NCBI GenBank assembly: GCA_964354265.1
Contig: CAYGYY010000001.1
Coordinates: 1-58,865, forward strand
Direction of reading: 5' to 3'
Source of the DNA: an uncultured Actinomycetota bacterium
Lineage (GTDB): Bacteria > Actinomycetota > Humimicrobiia > Humimicrobiales > Humimicrobiaceae
Length of the DNA stretch: 58,865 bases
Each line of letters starts with the position of its first letter. The stretch's first letter is position 1. Made by a program: the position numbers and the translations under genes. A model generated the notes under the pieces. The model ran no database searches. It saw only the letters and a program-made list of their open reading frames with translations, and was not told the DNA's origin. Below are positions 1-9,692 of this stretch, in pieces.

Positions 1-211
1 CAGGCAAAAGGTGTTTCCATTTCTTTATTTTAAAAAAACTGGCGTAGAACTTACCGTTTTTTTCAAATTTCTTTATCCTGTAAAGACGGTTTGAGGGATT
101 GAATTTATTGATAGGTATCTTTGAGCACGCATAAGATACTCCAAGGTGTATTACTAACCAGACAATAATATCCAGGAAGATTATCCAGAAATGCGAATGA
201 TTAAATATCAT
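1..211 (-). CDS. CrtO-like glycosyl-diaponeurosporenoate acyltransferase family protein, N-terminal part (3' end beyond window)
   Basis: Not in the ORF track because it runs off the window. The minus-strand ATG (211..209) overlaps the GT2 stop as ATGA. Translation MIFNHSHFWIIFLDIIVWLVIHLGVSYACSKIPINKFNPSNRLYRIKKFEKNGKFYASFFKIKKWKHLLP resembles the CrtO N-terminus (FEKxGKF...KKWKH motif). Confidence 0.55.
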   Translation of the reverse strand, partial: MIFNHSHFWIIFLDIIVWLVIHLGVSYACSKIPINKFNPSNRLYRIKKFEKNGKFYASFFKIKKWKHLLP

Positions 212-1359
212 TTATTTATTGTTCTTCCTTTCCACTTAACGTTTAGTCTAAACACTATCTGGACTAAAGACCAGAAAAATATAACAATAAAAAACACCAT
301 AAAGACAGGATAGAATATTGCTACTATTGGGCTGAAATTGCCTATCCTTCGTGCAATCCAGTAGACCTGGGAAGCATATGCAATATAAAATACAATACCT
401 GTTATGAGATTAAATAAATTGAAGTTTATTGCACTCTGGAAAAATAGTGTAATCGGGAAAAATGCGCCTGCTATCCAGAAGATAATAAGTATCAGGTTTA
501 TTATTGAGGTAGAGCTGGCGCCGATTATAAAACCCCTGGCAAAGCCGTTTACAACACTGCCCAATCCATAAGGATACATCCGGAAAGAAATTGTCCCCCG
601 GCCTCCAAAACAGTATACATAGATGCCATTCTTCAGGAATTTTTTGCCTATTTCTATGTCTTCAAGTATTTTTTTCTTAGCGCTTTTATGCCCATTTATT
701 GAAAAGTAAGTCTGCCTGTCACATAAAAGGCAGGGGCCAAATGCCCCTATTGGCTTTAACCTTGACTGCAGAGGCGTAAAGACATTCATGGAGCCCATCA
801 TGATTATATTGAAATATGCGGCGAAGTTTTCATAGAATTTTTTTATTCTATGGTAAGGCTGGACAGTAATGACCCCCTTATACTTAAGGTAGCAGGAAAG
901 CAATTTTTCAAGGCCATCCTGTTCAAAACTGGTATCTGCATCCAGAAACAGGAGCGTGTCTCCCTGCGCCTGCCTGGCACCATTGTAGCAAGCCCATGCT
1001 TTTCCCAGCCAGCCTTCCGGCAAGTGTTCGATATTGATAATCTTTACATCGAAGTTTTTTGCTATTTCTTCCGTCCTGTCTGTTGACTGGTCGTTTACGA
1101 TTATTACCTCGAAAGCTTTTATTTTCTGTGAAAAAAGGGAAGTCAAAAGATTTCCCAATGTATTTTCCTCATTTCTTGCAGGAATAATAACTGATAACTT
1201 GAGTCCGTGGATAAGTGCTGCAGGGGAATCACTTTTAACGGGTAAAAAATCCTCATAGAGTCTGCAGTTCGGTATTTTCCAGAGAAGCCAGAATCCAAAA
1301 AGCCAGAAAAATGCCCTTACAATAGGTTCAATAAAGAGATTGAGCTGGATCCTGATCAC
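208..1359 (-). CDS. Membrane glycosyltransferase family 2 (CrtQ-like)
   Basis: 383 aa with a GTG start. GT-A motifs VIIPARNEE and FLDADT, plus C-terminal TM helices. Translationally coupled to the CrtO-like gene. Confidence 0.85.
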   Translation of the reverse strand: MIRIQLNLFIEPIVRAFFWLFGFWLLWKIPNCRLYEDFLPVKSDSPAALIHGLKLSVIIPARNEENTLGNLLTSLFSQKIKAFEVIIVNDQSTDRTEEIAKNFDVKIINIEHLPEGWLGKAWACYNGARQAQGDTLLFLDADTSFEQDGLEKLLSCYLKYKGVITVQPYHRIKKFYENFAAYFNIIMMGSMNVFTPLQSRLKPIGAFGPCLLCDRQTYFSINGHKSAKKKILEDIEIGKKFLKNGIYVYCFGGRGTISFRMYPYGLGSVVNGFARGFIIGASSTSIINLILIIFWIAGAFFPITLFFQSAINFNLFNLITGIVFYIAYASQVYWIARRIGNFSPIVAIFYPVFMVFFIVIFFWSLVQIVFRLNVKWKGRTINK

Positions 1360-1546
1360 CCCCGTTTTTATAGCCTGAACACTTTGCGCAAAGAATTATT
1401 AGAAAATCACAAAACATATAAAGTCATGAAAAAATATTTTCATAATATTTTAAATGTTATTTCAAAATTTTAACAGAATATGATTTGTAATATAATGTTT
1501 TTATCCTGAACTGGCCGGATGTAAAAAAAACCTGGGAGCCTCCATA

Positions 1547-2494
1547 ATGGAATTTAGTGAAAAAGAGAAAGAGCTGCTGAAGAACCCCGGTATATTTTAT
1601 GATGCTTCACTATTTGAATTTGATTACCATTTGTCTGTTTCCGGCCAAAATATAACCATTACTACTGATTACGAACCATGTTTTAAGGACTTCAGGAAAT
1701 TCTATAAATATGACTCTGCCATAAGTTTTGAATGTTTTTTTGCCCGGTGTCAGGATAAAAAAACAGCGCTAAAACCGGGTTTAGAGACAGGGGCACATAA
1801 TAGGAAATGCATAATACTTATTCATGGATTCCAGTCTAAACAGAAAAAAATATATCTTCAATTTGCCAGTAGATATGCAAAGATGGGGCTGGATTGTGTT
1901 GTTTACAGCCTGCCTTTCCACTTTGAAAGAAAAAATGCCGGCCCAAAAGAAACCGGGGATTTTATAGATACCAGCGACTTCAGAGTGACATTTGAATTAT
2001 TCCGGCAGTCGGTAATTGAACTCCAGGTATTGATCAAGGTGCTAAAAATTATCGGTTATAGCCAGGTGGGGACAATGGGGTTTTCTTTCGGAGGCTATTG
2101 CTGCAGCATATTGAGTTGTATAGATAGAAACCTTGATTTTGCAATACCGCTTGCAACTATTGGGGATTTCAGCAGCCTGCTTATATTCAAAAAGGGAAAA
2201 TCCACGCTAAACGATTATAATGAAAAGGAAAGGCTTAATAAACTGCTTGCAGAAAAATATATAGGCCTTATTTGCCCGGTTTATCTTTATCCGGTAATAG
2301 ATATCAAAAAAATAATGCTTATCCAGGGTATCTTTGACCACCGGGCGCCTGTCAGCGATGTTGCAAAATTAAGGAAAAAGTGGGATTATCCAAAAGTAAT
2401 ATGGTATCCGTGCGACCATTTTACTTTTTTTATATTTAACCGTCTAACTCTAAAAATATCATTTGATTTCATAGAAAAACTGGAGAAAACGTAA
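1547..2494 (+). CDS. Alpha/beta hydrolase
   Basis: 315 aa. ILIHGFQSK, nucleophile elbow GFSFGG and a C-terminal DH. Paralogous to the 6374..7399 product. Confidence 0.8.
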   Translation: MEFSEKEKELLKNPGIFYDASLFEFDYHLSVSGQNITITTDYEPCFKDFRKFYKYDSAISFECFFARCQDKKTALKPGLETGAHNRKCIILIHGFQSKQKKIYLQFASRYAKMGLDCVVYSLPFHFERKNAGPKETGDFIDTSDFRVTFELFRQSVIELQVLIKVLKIIGYSQVGTMGFSFGGYCCSILSCIDRNLDFAIPLATIGDFSSLLIFKKGKSTLNDYNEKERLNKLLAEKYIGLICPVYLYPVIDIKKIMLIQGIFDHRAPVSDVAKLRKKWDYPKVIWYPCDHFTFFIFNRLTLKISFDFIEKLEKT

Positions 2495-2495
2495 A

Positions 2496-3452
2496 ATGAA
2501 AATACTTATTACCGGGGCTTTTGGGAATATTGGTTCCAGCACAATTGAAAACCTTGTTGCAGCCAATGACCCTGAACGCAGGATAACCTGCTTTGATATC
2601 AATAATGAAGCTAATTTAAAAAAAGCAATGAAATTTGAAAGTGAAGTTGAGACTGTTTGGGGGGACCTGAGGAATTATGCGGATGTAAAGCGCGCAGTAC
2701 AGGATAAGGACGTAATAATCCATCTTGCTTTTATAATACCTCCGCTATCAGAAGCCAAACCTGATTTTGCATATTCAGTCAATGTCAATGGTACAAAAAA
2801 CATCCTTAATGCTTTAAAAGAACAAAACTCAAAATCCAGGCTTGTCTTTGCTTCTTCTGTTTCTGTCTACGGACCATCCTCAGGCAATAATCCTCCACGT
2901 ACAGCTGCAGACCCGGTAATTGGAACAGACAATTATTCCATGCATAAAATAGAATGTGAAGGGCTTGTCAGAAGTTCAGGCATTGAATGGGTTATAGCCA
3001 GGTTTGGCGTAGTCCCACCCCTTGCAATTGGCAGCAAATTTGACCCGGTACTGTTTGAAATACCGCTTGATGCAAGGATTGAATTTGTGCATACCAGGGA
3101 TGTAGGGCTTGCACTTGCCAATGCTGCAGGATGCAATAGCTGCGCAGGAAAGATATTGCTTATCGGGGGAGGGAAAAAATGCCAGTTATACCAGAAAGAG
3201 TTCATATCCAGGTTCCTGGAAACCAATGGCATAGGGATGTTGCCTGAAGGTGCATTTTCTAAAAATCCATATTATACTGACTGGATGGATACATTAGAAA
3301 GCCAGCAGCTCCTGCAATACCAGACGCGGACTTTTGATGACTATCTTTCTGAAATAAAAAAAACTATAGGGTTCAGAAGAAATATTATAAGGCTTTTGAG
3401 CCCGGTTATAAAGAAGTCCCTGGTTTCAAAATCGCCATATTATAAGAAATAG
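2496..3452 (+). CDS. NAD-dependent epimerase/dehydratase (extended SDR)
   Basis: 318 aa. Rossmann motif TGAFGNIGS and catalytic YSMHK. Starts 1 nt after the upstream stop. Confidence 0.85.
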   Translation: MKILITGAFGNIGSSTIENLVAANDPERRITCFDINNEANLKKAMKFESEVETVWGDLRNYADVKRAVQDKDVIIHLAFIIPPLSEAKPDFAYSVNVNGTKNILNALKEQNSKSRLVFASSVSVYGPSSGNNPPRTAADPVIGTDNYSMHKIECEGLVRSSGIEWVIARFGVVPPLAIGSKFDPVLFEIPLDARIEFVHTRDVGLALANAAGCNSCAGKILLIGGGKKCQLYQKEFISRFLETNGIGMLPEGAFSKNPYYTDWMDTLESQQLLQYQTRTFDDYLSEIKKTIGFRRNIIRLLSPVIKKSLVSKSPYYKK

Positions 3453-3540
3453 CCTGGCATCAGCAAGCAGATAAAAACTATGCAATAGTTGTCTTTAAGA
3501 TTTTTATTTATATATAATAAATTGGAACTGGAAAGCCGGA

Positions 3541-4335
3541 TTGGAAAAAGACAGGATTGTGCATTCAGTAGAATATAATGGCTATCAATCTTCAATAGAC
3601 AGCCTTCTTGACCTGTTATTATTTGATAAACTTCTTATTTCAATAAAAAAAAGCATCATAATATTAAAGCCGAATCTTCTTGATGCAGTACCTCACCCCT
3701 GCACAACGGACCCTGGTTGTATAAGGGCGATAATAAACTATATAAACAGGTTTAAAAAAAACATTACCATCATAGTGCTTGAAGGCGCAGGCAGCTGCAA
3801 TACCGGGATTGCATATAAAACCCTAGGATATTATGACCTTGAAAGTATCGGTAATGTAAAACTTATGGATGTTGACAAATGCGAACTTGTCAGGCTTGAA
3901 AATAAAGGTGCGCTGGTTTATAAAGAGATATACCTGCCTTCAATTATTTTTGAAGGTTTTTTTGTCTCTGTCCCCACCCTTAAAGACCATCTGCTGACAT
4001 CAGTGACACTTGGGATGAAGAATCTAGTTGGATTGCTTCCTGAAAAATATTATGGTGGTTACTGGAGCTATAAAAGAAGCGATGTCCACAGAGTCGGGAT
4101 AAATAATGCAATTGTCGACTTAAACAGTTATGTTAAAATCGATATGACAGTCATAGATGGAAGGATAGGCCAGTTTGGCAGCCATTTGCCGGGAGGAAGG
4201 CATTGCAAGCCTGAAAAGGGTGTTATTATTGGAGGTTATGATGCCCTCGAGACTGACAGGTATGCAGCAAAGGTACTGGGACATGATATAAATTCTATAA
4301 AACATTTAAAACTATATAATGATTCGCACGTCTGA
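3541..4335 (+). CDS. DUF362 domain protein
   Basis: 264 aa with a TTG start. ILKPNL, PTLKDH, LGMKNLVG and VIDGRIG are collinear with the DUF362 family pattern. Confidence 0.7.
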   Translation: MEKDRIVHSVEYNGYQSSIDSLLDLLLFDKLLISIKKSIIILKPNLLDAVPHPCTTDPGCIRAIINYINRFKKNITIIVLEGAGSCNTGIAYKTLGYYDLESIGNVKLMDVDKCELVRLENKGALVYKEIYLPSIIFEGFFVSVPTLKDHLLTSVTLGMKNLVGLLPEKYYGGYWSYKRSDVHRVGINNAIVDLNSYVKIDMTVIDGRIGQFGSHLPGGRHCKPEKGVIIGGYDALETDRYAAKVLGHDINSIKHLKLYNDSHV

Positions 4336-4439
4336 AAATATTATATAAAATAAATATTTTTATTTGCTATAATTGTAAAAATTCCTTTTTAATGTTCTTT
4401 AACATCAGCCATTATATTTGTTTTTAATAATACCAGCCT

Positions 4440-5378
4440 ATGAAAGATTTAATTAAATGGTTAATTGAGGATGATAATCCTCCTGTAAAATTATATACAC
4501 TGAAAGAAATATTAAATGAGAAAATCGATCCTTCAACAGAAGGGTTGTTAAAAAAAAATATTGAAGAACATGAACCGGTGCTTTCGATTTTAAAATTGCA
4601 GGATCCGCAGGGCTGGTGGCTGGAAGAGAAATATTCATTTACCCCCCTTTATAAGAGTACCTACTGGCAGGTTTACTTCCTCTCAGAGCTTGGAGTTACC
4701 AGGGATATTGTGTCTGTAGATAAAGCTGCAAGGCTTATTGTCGCCAAAATGCAGTCAAAAAATGGAGCTTTTCCTTCCAGGGATAGATACACCGGTAACC
4801 TGATATGCTTCCAGGGAATGACACTGGGAATGCTCCTTAGGCTGGGATATCTTTATGAAGACTTCACATCGCTATTAATATCCTTTATTACTGATCTGGT
4901 CTACAGGAATGATTTCAGGTGCAAATACAGGGCTCAGTTCAAATGCCCCTGGGGAGCAGTAAAAGTCCTTAAGGCATTCAACCTTATACCTGCTGAAAAA
5001 AGGGACTCCTCCATAAATAATACAATAAGCAAGGCTGTAAAATTCTTACTGAGCCATGATATTGTAGAAGCAAACTACCCTAGAAAAAACAATAAAAGCA
5101 AACAGTGGCATCTCTTCGGGTTTCCTAAAGGATTCCAGAGCGATATACTTGAAATTGCAGGGTCCCTGGTGGACGCAGGCTGTAAGAGCCAAAACTCTAA
5201 TTTAAGAAATGCATTAAAATATATAAACGAAAAAAAGCTGGAAAATGGAAGCTGGAAAATGGATTATTCGCTGAATGGCAAAATGCTTGTTGATATAGAA
5301 AAAAATAATAAACCAAGCAAGTGGATATCCTATTTTGCATTAAAGAGCCTTATAAAAAGTAAATTTAAAAATATTTAA
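4440..5378 (+). CDS. Hypothetical protein, possible alpha/alpha-toroid (prenyltransferase/terpene-cyclase-like) repeats
   Basis: 312 aa. Repeated QDPQGWW, KNGAFPS and ENGSWK elements. The function is not established. Confidence 0.65.
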   Translation: MKDLIKWLIEDDNPPVKLYTLKEILNEKIDPSTEGLLKKNIEEHEPVLSILKLQDPQGWWLEEKYSFTPLYKSTYWQVYFLSELGVTRDIVSVDKAARLIVAKMQSKNGAFPSRDRYTGNLICFQGMTLGMLLRLGYLYEDFTSLLISFITDLVYRNDFRCKYRAQFKCPWGAVKVLKAFNLIPAEKRDSSINNTISKAVKFLLSHDIVEANYPRKNNKSKQWHLFGFPKGFQSDILEIAGSLVDAGCKSQNSNLRNALKYINEKKLENGSWKMDYSLNGKMLVDIEKNNKPSKWISYFALKSLIKSKFKNI

Positions 5379-5415
5379 GATTTTATATAGCAATACAGGA
5401 TTAATTACTGAAAAA

Positions 5416-6396
5416 ATGGATATAGTAACAGGCGCTACCGGGCTTCTTGGAAACGTCCTTGTAAGGGAGCTGTCATTAAAGGGCAGGAGAGTCAAAGCTT
5501 TCGTAAGGACTACTTCACAAATTGCATGCTTTAAAGATTGTAATATTGATTATGCATACGGAGATGTCCTTGACTATGATTCACTTGTGGAAGCTTTTAA
5601 AGATGCGGAACACGTTTATCACCTGGCATCAGAAGTATCCATAATGCCAGGTTCCAATAGGAAACTGCGTGAAATCAATCTCAAAGGTACAGCAAATGTC
5701 ATTAGGGCATGTTTTGAGTGTAGAGTAAAAAAGCTTATTTATACAAGCTCAATCCATGCATTTACGGAAATGGATGACAGGCCGGTAATCGATGAAACCC
5801 TCTCTTTTGATCCGTCGAGTTCCATGGGACTATATAACAGGACAAAGGCAGAAGCGAGCCTTTATGTTACAGAAGCTGCCGGAAAAGGGCTTGATGCGGT
5901 GATTGTCTGTCCAACTGCTGTTATAGGACCGTATGATTTCAGGATTTCCAATCTCGGGTCGCTCTTTATTGATTACTGCAATAGGCGCCAGAAAATAATA
6001 ATAGATGGAGCATATGATTTTGTCGATGTCAGGGATGTAGCAAAAGGTCATATACTTGCTGCTGAGAAAGGCGGTCCGGGCCAGGCTTATATTCTTTCCG
6101 GGCATAGGCTCACAATTGGGGAACTGATGAAGAATCTTGAAGAGATAACAGGCATACCGGCGCCAAGATTAAAATTTCCTTACTGGCTTGCGATGGCTGT
6201 AGCATTTGTATCGCCGATGTATTATAAGCTAAGCGGAAGCAAGCCGGTATTAACTGTATATTCCCTGAAGACTGTAAAAAAGAATTCGTATATAAGCCAC
6301 CAAAAAGCTTCCCTCCAGCTTGGATATGACCCAAGACCCATCAGGGAGACACTGGAAGAAAATATAAGTTGGTTTAAGGATAACGATTATCTTTAA
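5416..6396 (+). CDS. NAD-dependent epimerase/reductase (HpnA / dihydroflavonol-reductase-like SDR)
   Basis: 326 aa. VTGATGLLGN Rossmann motif and YNRTK catalytic motif. Confidence 0.85.
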   Translation: MDIVTGATGLLGNVLVRELSLKGRRVKAFVRTTSQIACFKDCNIDYAYGDVLDYDSLVEAFKDAEHVYHLASEVSIMPGSNRKLREINLKGTANVIRACFECRVKKLIYTSSIHAFTEMDDRPVIDETLSFDPSSSMGLYNRTKAEASLYVTEAAGKGLDAVIVCPTAVIGPYDFRISNLGSLFIDYCNRRQKIIIDGAYDFVDVRDVAKGHILAAEKGGPGQAYILSGHRLTIGELMKNLEEITGIPAPRLKFPYWLAMAVAFVSPMYYKLSGSKPVLTVYSLKTVKKNSYISHQKASLQLGYDPRPIRETLEENISWFKDNDYL

Positions 6397-7399
6397 TGAA
6401 ATCGAAAATATAAGTTTTTGCATGGTTATCAGCAAGTATTGCGCTTGAATGGATTCTGTTAAACCAGTGTATTTCTGGATTGCCTATTTCATTATGTAAC
6501 TGTATGACAGAATTCTTTGTAAAAAAATGGTCAAGCTTTGAACCCAGTATCAATATCTTTTCAGGACTTATTTTATGGCCAAAAGCAAGCGGGTCGCAAA
6601 GAAAACACTTCCGCGTTGTCTTATCTTTTAGACTGCCTGTTTTACTCAGTTCAAAATCGATAAGTTCCATGTCAGTGGTCTTAAATTCTTTTAAAAAATC
6701 AGGGAAATCTTTGTAAATAAGGCTACATTTCTCTTTTGTTATTTCACCATCCTGCATGCAGTTGCCCTTAAGTATATATGCAAGCGTACTGTTCCAGTGT
6801 ATCTCAAACCAGTTGCCTCCCCCAAAGACTAATATGCCTTTATTTATCCTGCAGTCTGTGGCGATAGAAATAGTGGATACCATGCTGCCAAGGCTGAATC
6901 CGCAAAGTATAATCCTTTTAAATCCGAAACTATCCTGGACTATGTCAATAAGCCTTTTTGTATCAACAACAGCCTGGTGGTAAAACTCCAGTGTATGGAT
7001 ATCGTCAAAATAAATGAGTCTTTCGCCGCTTATTTCTCCTGCAGGCGTTCTTTGAAGATGAAAAGGCATATTCAGGAATGCGCAATTTATTCCCTGGTTT
7101 AAAGCCGAGGCTATGAAATCATAATAATTACGCAATTGGTGAAGCTTTGATGAAAATCCATGGAGAAGTATAAGAAGTGTATTATTTTTATTATGATTCA
7201 TGAAAAGCTCAGCATGGACAAGGTCGTTCTCTGCAATTGACGTAATAAATGGGGAAGGATAGGATAATACAATCGGCTTTGAGATTTTTCCCAGTTCTTC
7301 CAGAATTGGAGCAGGGATATTTATAAGTGTTGAGAGGCTGTAGTCTTTTATATACAGGCCAGATTGCATTTCCTTACGGTATCTGTATATCTTCGTCAT
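6374..7399 (-). CDS. Alpha/beta hydrolase (paralog of 1547..2494)
   Basis: 341 aa. ILLHGFSSK, MPFHLQRT and GFSLGS. Its 3' end overlaps the convergent SDR gene by 23 nt. Confidence 0.8.
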   Translation of the reverse strand: MTKIYRYRKEMQSGLYIKDYSLSTLINIPAPILEELGKISKPIVLSYPSPFITSIAENDLVHAELFMNHNKNNTLLILLHGFSSKLHQLRNYYDFIASALNQGINCAFLNMPFHLQRTPAGEISGERLIYFDDIHTLEFYHQAVVDTKRLIDIVQDSFGFKRIILCGFSLGSMVSTISIATDCRINKGILVFGGGNWFEIHWNSTLAYILKGNCMQDGEITKEKCSLIYKDFPDFLKEFKTTDMELIDFELSKTGSLKDKTTRKCFLCDPLAFGHKISPEKILILGSKLDHFFTKNSVIQLHNEIGNPEIHWFNRIHSSAILADNHAKTYIFDFIKDNRYP

Positions 7400-7515
7400 T
7401 GTATATCTCTTTAAATTTCCTTATTTTTTTTATTTTCTGATATAATCCTGAGTATAGATTAATAAATCATAACAGAAAAGCATTATGTATTGAATAATGC
7501 AAAGGGGGAATAAAG

Positions 7516-7845
7516 ATGTGCGGAGATTCTACAAAAAGTTGCTCAGCTTTTAAGTATGGTGTGATAGGTTTTTTTATCGGTGCTGCAGCAGGAGCCATAA
7601 CAGCTCTGCTCCTGACTCCCAAGACAGGGGAAGAGTTAAGGGCTGAAATCAAAAAGGCCATTCTTGAGATAAGCGATAAAATTGAAGAAAAAGCAAAAGA
7701 GGTAAAAGATATTACCAGGGAAAAATATATTGAATTGATGAATAGCACAGTAGAAACTTATAATAAGGCTAAAGATTTTACCCAGAGGGAAATAGATATA
7801 ATAAAGAAGATCATTCTTGAGAAGAAAGACCTTGAAAGTCAGTAA
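7516..7845 (+). CDS. YtxH domain protein
   Basis: 109 aa. GFFIGAAAGAITALLLTPKTGEELR is typical of YtxH. A GGGGG-type SD lies upstream. Confidence 0.8.
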   Translation: MCGDSTKSCSAFKYGVIGFFIGAAAGAITALLLTPKTGEELRAEIKKAILEISDKIEEKAKEVKDITREKYIELMNSTVETYNKAKDFTQREIDIIKKIILEKKDLESQ

Positions 7846-7857
7846 TCTTTATTTGAT

Positions 7858-8646
7858 TTACTTCATTTTCCATTTGGTCAAGATATTCTCGCGATCAAAT
7901 ATCCTTATTGCAAGTTTTAGGACCAGGGGACATATAGCTGCAAGAATCAGGCAACCAATCACAAGATATCTGATATTAAGAAGAAACAGTCCTGCAATTT
8001 GCATGCCGATGATTGCATAAATAGGGAAGATAATTAATGCCCCTATGCCCTGGGCAGACCTGATGTCGGTGGACTTTGAGGAGATTATAATACTGACCAT
8101 TGTAATTATAAATGATATCACCGGGCTTAGAATAAATGCCACTACAAACCATTCCAGGGTCGGAAGTGGTATGATGCCAAACCTTATGTAAGCAAGTATA
8201 TCCACCACAATGGTAATGAGGATAAAGTTGATTAATGATACTGCAAATGAAGGCACCATGCTTGTAAGGGTTTTTCCAAACAATAATTCACCAGTTTTAA
8301 TGGGAGTTGCTATAAGAGGTTCCAGGGTGTTGCTTTCTTTTTCGAGGACCACTGATGCTGGCGCTATTAAGCTTGGCAGCATTGCCGGGACCAAAAGAAG
8401 GAATATCATGAATTGTTTAGTGATAAACTGCAGGAATACTTCTTGTATATTGGCTGTATCCTGAAAAACTCTTGCTATAAAATTTGCAGTTTCCGGGTCA
8501 TCTAAAAAAGAATCAAGTGAGAAAGTCAGCGCTGCAGGGAAAAGGACAGAGAACATTATGCTTATTGCAAGTACAGGCAGCCAGATGCTCCTGTTTTTTA
8601 TAACTTCCTTTATTTCCTTTTTAAAGATTTTTAGCGAATTTTTCAT
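7858..8646 (-). CDS. ABC-2 type transporter permease
   Basis: 262 aa polytopic membrane protein, immediately downstream of the ABC ATPase. Confidence 0.8.
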   Translation of the reverse strand: MKNSLKIFKKEIKEVIKNRSIWLPVLAISIMFSVLFPAALTFSLDSFLDDPETANFIARVFQDTANIQEVFLQFITKQFMIFLLLVPAMLPSLIAPASVVLEKESNTLEPLIATPIKTGELLFGKTLTSMVPSFAVSLINFILITIVVDILAYIRFGIIPLPTLEWFVVAFILSPVISFIITMVSIIISSKSTDIRSAQGIGALIIFPIYAIIGMQIAGLFLLNIRYLVIGCLILAAICPLVLKLAIRIFDRENILTKWKMK

Positions 8647-8722
8647 TACAGGTTATCTCTTTTTATAGACGCATTTGGTTATTTATCATTTACCGGTGAT
8701 ATTTTTTATTAAATTCTCTTTA

Positions 8723-9637
8723 TCAACTTTTCATCAAGTCCAGGTAGATTTCTTCAAGGCTCGCTTTTATTTCATTGAAATAAATTATCTCTGCTCCGTT
8801 ATCAATAAGTTTTCTTATTATCACAGGATTGTTTTTTTCAGGGTTCCCGGTTGAGAAAAGTATGCGGTCCTGGATTCTTTCCATTTCCGTTATCTCATCA
8901 AATCCAGCCATAAGTTCTGCAAAATCTTGTACATTACTGCTTCCAAAAAGGATTTCTGTTTTCCTGCCTTTCTTGTTTTTCTGGAGTTCCTCCAAAGTGG
9001 ATATTTTTATTATCCTGTTCTTGATTATGCATACTACATCAGAAAGATTGGATGCCTCCTCAAGATTGTGGGTGCATAAAAACACTGTTGTTTTTTCATT
9101 TTTGAGTTTTTCAATAAAAGACCTGACCATAAAAGCGCTCTCGGGATCCAGGGCTGCAGTAGGTTCATCAAGAAAAAGCAACTTTGGTTCATGGATAAGA
9201 GCACGCGCAAGGGCAAGTTTTTGCTTCATGCCTTTTGAAAATGTGCTTACCAGATCATAGCGCCTTTCCCACAATTCAAACATTTTTAGAAATCTTTCTA
9301 TGTTCTGTTTCCGTTTTTTTTCTTCAATGCCGTAAAATCCTGAAAAATAATCAAGGTTTGCATAAGCTGAGATCTTTTCGTACATACCAGGTGTCTCGGT
9401 GAGTATGCCAATTATCGACCTGATATATTCACCGTCTTTTGCAGGGGTTTTCCCGTTAACAAATATAGTGCCCTCTGTAGGTTTTATAAGGGTTGCAAGC
9501 ATCCTGATAGTGGTTGTTTTCCCGGCGCCATTTGGTCCAAGAAAGCCAAATATCTGTCCTGAGCTTACTTCAAAAGAAACACTATCCACTGCTGTTATAT
9601 TGCCGAATCTTTTTGTGAGATTTTCAACCTTGATCAT
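8723..9637 (-). CDS. ABC transporter ATP-binding protein
   Basis: 304 aa. Walker A GPNGAGKTT, signature FSKGMKQK and Walker B LLFLDEP. Confidence 0.9.
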   Translation of the reverse strand: MIKVENLTKRFGNITAVDSVSFEVSSGQIFGFLGPNGAGKTTTIRMLATLIKPTEGTIFVNGKTPAKDGEYIRSIIGILTETPGMYEKISAYANLDYFSGFYGIEEKKRKQNIERFLKMFELWERRYDLVSTFSKGMKQKLALARALIHEPKLLFLDEPTAALDPESAFMVRSFIEKLKNEKTTVFLCTHNLEEASNLSDVVCIIKNRIIKISTLEELQKNKKGRKTEILFGSSNVQDFAELMAGFDEITEMERIQDRILFSTGNPEKNNPVIIRKLIDNGAEIIYFNEIKASLEEIYLDLMKS

Positions 9638-9692
9638 GAAGAAAAGAATGAATTATTTTTTTTTAAATGTCAATTAATTATATAATAACACC

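Noticed and set aside
1426-1443. Inverted repeat ATGAAAA-AATA-TTTTCAT in the divergent GT2/hydrolase promoter region
   Set aside because: A 7 bp A/T-only arm is expected by chance in this AT-rich spacer. I note it as a possible operator but it is not supportable.
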